A stretch of DNA of 64,000 nucleotides from Squalus acanthias. Lineage: Eukaryota. Made by a program: the position numbers and the translations under genes. The stretch covers positions 19,470,001 through 19,534,000 of the forward strand of contig CM059432.1 in assembly GCA_030390025.1 (NCBI GenBank), written 5' to 3'. Within the stretch, counting starts at the first letter, position 1. The number at the start of each line of letters is the position of its first letter. Under the pieces are notes generated by a model. That model worked only from the letters and a program-made list of their open reading frames with translations. It searched no databases and was not told where the DNA came from. Shown one piece after another: positions 60,453 to 64,000 of this stretch.

Positions 60453-61139
60453 CTTGAGTTCTGTCTCCATTTTTGGTCACTGAGACATAATGTGCATTCA
60501 AGTAGAACTGGAGGCAGTCAAGAGAAGATCCATAAGGCTGATCAATGGCATTAGAGGACTGAGTTGTGAAGAAAGACTGAAGAAACTGCAGCCTTCCAAG
60601 GAGGTGCCTCAGAGGTAACCTTATAGAGATACACTAAAGAGAGTAAATTGTATAAACTACTTCAAACTAAACCTGGTCATTGCGACTAGGGGACACGGGC
60701 TCAAACTAATAAAAGGCAAATTAAGGACCGATGTCAGAAAGCTCTTCACACAAACTGTGATCAGCATATGGTATCGACTTCTGGATAGGATGGTGGAGGC
60801 AAAAACCTTAAAATTATTGAAGAAACAGTGGGATGTTGTGATAGGTGATCGTAGGGTCTTTCTGGATTCAGGAGCTAAGATTGGTCCAATGGTCTTCCTT
60901 ATCTATTATCCATCTTACAAATTTGGAATTAATTGCTAATGTGGAGTTCCAGTTCCCAAAAGTTATTTTCCTGTTGGTGGTGCGCCATCTTTAAAAAGTA
61001 CAGATTCTTGGTACAAGGAAATAGAATTTAAGATGTCATGTTTTTAGGTCATGCACAACTTCATGCAGGTTAATTAGCAGCTTTCCTTTGACTGATTTAA
61101 GGGTGGAGCCAAACAATTTACATCGAGATCCTTGTTTTA

Positions 61140-61546
61140 CATCCTTGTTTTCAAATCCCTCCATGGCCTCGCCCCTTCCTATCTCTGTAATCTCCTTCAG
61201 CCCCACAACGCCCCCCCCCCTCCCCCGAGATAACTGCATTCCTCTAATTCTGCCCTCTTGAGCATCCCTGATTATAATCGCTCCACCATTGGTGACCGTG
61301 CCTTCTGTTGCCTAGGCCCTAAGCTCTGGAATTCCCTGCGTAAATCTCTCCGCCTCGCTACCTCTCTTTGCTCCTTTAAGACGCTCCTTAAAACCTACCT
61401 CTTTGACCAAGCTTTTGGTCACCTGCCCTAATTTATCCTTATGTGGCTCGGTGTCAAATCTTTTGTCTTACAATACTCCTGTGCAGCGCCTTGGGACGTT
61501 TTACTACATTAAAGGTGCTATATAAATACAAGTTGTTGTTGTTGTT
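61140..61546 (+). mobile_element. L2 LINE 3' end, followed by a CR1 3'UTR (61548-61645)
   Basis: Reverse complement of 45280-45890 without the Penelope insert; (gtt)n tail. Confidence 0.9.
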
Positions 61547-62149
61547 GAGATGAGGTAAAAGATCAGCCATGATCTTATTGAATGGCGGAGCAGGCTCGAA
61601 GGGCCAAATGGCCTACTCCTGCTCCCATTTCTTATGTTCTTATGTAATTTACTGCAAAAAAATTGTGCTATAAAGAGACCGCTCATTCATCGGCCCCAAA
61701 GTAATTTGTCTGAAAAGTTAAATGTACTTCCCTGGCAGTGTTTAAACCTGGCTTGAGTTGATATAGCCATAATAGCTGACAAGTTTTGAAGTTAAATCTC
61801 TGTCTCCAAGACTCCGTCAAGTGCTGCTTGTCACTGCTGCAGGATTAGCAGACCTACAGAAACCCCATAGAGAGTGGGTTGACAGTTTGCAAGACATAAA
61901 TAAAGACAGTAGGAAATTTATGTGTGAACAACTAGAAGCTGTCAACAAGCTGGTAAAAAGGAAAAAGTAAACCAGTAAATTAGATCTTATGTCCTCTATT
62001 CCATCGCTGTTGTAGTTCTAAATGGAAAAGCAGAGTATAAACCTCAACTAACAAAATAAGTTAGAATATTAAAGAATAAGGTAGCATACACAACAATTAC
62101 TAGAGGCACTTAGTCAAATAGTTGCAGAAATCAAACAAATAAGATACAA

Positions 62150-63499
62150 GGCTCGATTTTAAACTCGGGTTCAAATTGGGCGGACGGGCAGGATGGAGTG
62201 GAAGTCCCCATGATGTTGTCATTGTGAGTTTCACTCCCAGGCCTTATTACCATTTCAATGCTGGCCTGTCCTCCCGATCACGTAGAGAATCGTGGCAGCC
62301 CGCCCACCTGCCGCGCACAACTTTCGCTGCGACTCCCGAGGCCTATTTAAAGCGAGGGTGCACCTCTTGAGGCGTGGTTGCATTCCCTATGTTGATTTTT
62401 GCTGGAAGAGCACTGGAAAAGATTGCGAGACCTTGCTGCATGAAAATTGGCTGCTACGTTTCCAAGTTATAACAGTGACTGCACTTCAAAAAGTACCTAA
62501 TTGGATGTAAAGTGCTTTGGGAAGTCCTGAGGTTGTGAAAGGTGCTATATAAATACAAGTTCCTTCGTCTAACCTAAGCAGAGTAAGACGCCCTGGTGAT
62601 CAGTGACCCAAGCAGAGCCATCAGCATCAGGGAAGATAAGGCTTACCAGAGCAGGGTGTGTGCATATTACTTGTAATCCTTCATTCATCTCAGAAAATGA
62701 AGTTCAAGTTGTATTCTCAAGACAATCACCTGCAAACATCCAGTTTCCAGCTGCTATCCTAACTCTTGTCCCTTTTCTCTTTCAAGAAGAACTTCGGTGG
62801 TGGGCAATCCTCCTGCGGATACACTGTCACGTGCTGCATTCCTCCCAGACACCAGATCAGATACTGACACTCCGCGCTGGTTAGATAGTGAGCCAGAGGA
62901 GCCTGCATGTATTGAAACACCCAGCACCATTGAGCAGCTGCAGGTACTGGTGGCGGAGATACCACAGGAGACGGCTTGCTGGAGGGTAAGGTCCTCTTCC
63001 AGCACTGCTAAGGCAGACAGAGATGAGGGCTTCAGGGACACAGCCATGAAAAGCAAACTTCTGGCATCACACAAGGAGCTTCATGAGGCAGTGGAAGGTC
63101 TGCCAAGGAGTTTCACCACTATGGCTGAAAGTGTGGAGGAGTCCGATTCCAGCTCGAGTGGTGTCATCTTGCATGGCATTAGCACTCTGCAGTTTACTTT
63201 GGAGAGTGTGGTCACCTCAAGGGATGCTGCGGCTGGGCCCTCACAACAGGAGTCCATGTTCATACGCTTGGCAGCTTTGGTGGAAGCTCTAACAGCTGCC
63301 ATGCAAATTCTGGCCTCCACACTTCAGGGACATCGGAGCATGACTTTTACATTTCAATGGGGCCCTTGCCTGCCTGTGGTGGCCACCTCTCCCATGACCA
63401 AAGACAGCACAGGTGGGAACGTGCAGGAAGCGTAGCAGGAAGTGCCGGACCGCCATTTTAACCTACCTCATTCCCGCCGGGCAAGGTTAAAATCAGCCC
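62150..63499 (+). mobile_element. Harbinger deletion derivative retaining a Myb-partner last-exon remnant (62797-63435) and a SINE tail (62440-62560)
   Basis: Ends ggctcgattttaa / ttaaaatcagccc; DEGFRDTAMKSKLLASHKEL..LPRSFTTMAESVEESDS aligns with DEDLNEEAFRRRVLGMHTEM..VPERLSAMVRSVEESAS. Confidence 0.65.
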
Positions 63500-63937
63500 T
63501 TTGGAACCTGAATGAGGGTTGAGTATTATTTGCAAGTGGTCAAAGCACTTAAATTATGATAGTAACAGAACCTCTGAACAGGATCAAATTACTGAAATAA
63601 AATCCATGGACTTTTGATAAAGATGGAGCCTTAACATTTCAGTGAAGTGTCTTTGGTGTCACATAGACGCTAAAGTGATGGATTGTGAACTTATTTTGGA
63701 TAGAGGATACTTAGGCATTTGGGCCCATGTCTAACAGATAAAGTCACATTACCTTTCAGTTTGTTACGATAGGACTTTAGTAAAATCTGCAACCACAGAT
63801 TAAGGAGAGACTTATTTTCCATTTCAATGAAAAGTAATGTAGAGAACTTTTGATTAAATGCATATTATCACTACACCTTCATCATTAGAAAGCGGAGAGG
63901 CACTAAAACCTTCACCACTAAATACAAATGAGGATAT

Positions 63938-64000
63938 TTTTTTTTAATTATTCGCTTATGGGATCTGGGCGTCGCTGGCAAGGCCAGCATTTATTGCCCA
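63938..64000 (-). mobile_element. 3' end of CR1/L2-group LINE running off the window
   Basis: Matches 7380-7432. Confidence 0.8.

Noticed and set aside
1..64000. CRISPR array, rRNA, prokaryotic operon or host protein-coding gene
   Set aside because: No regularly spaced repeat-spacer array or rRNA-like sequence; every recognisable ORF is transposon-derived

Overview
Repeat-dense vertebrate DNA, most likely from a shark or other cartilaginous fish (inferred from HE1-type V-SINE and SacSINE1/Deu-type SINEs). No host protein-coding gene is recognisable, so this is probably intronic or intergenic. The main feature is a very young, apparently intact Neptune-type Penelope-like retroelement at 53724-59300. 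It has an 892-aa RT + Cys-linker + GIY-YIG ORF between direct pseudo-LTRs, a 2-kb inverted 3' arm and a 12-bp TSD. Each pseudo-LTR carries a minimal type-I hammerhead ribozyme motif. The window holds about 14 hammerhead motifs from two Penelope families, including ORF-less palindromic mini-insertions. All four inverted insertions show the same 32-38 nt end asymmetry. Also present: a decayed two-gene Harbinger transposon (HARBI1-like transposase + intron-containing Myb/SANT gene) with many non-autonomous derivatives, many nested CR1 and L2 LINEs, three SINE families, a probable LTR at the left edge, and a TE-free island at about 25.5-27.6 kb. Boundaries of old repeats are approximate.
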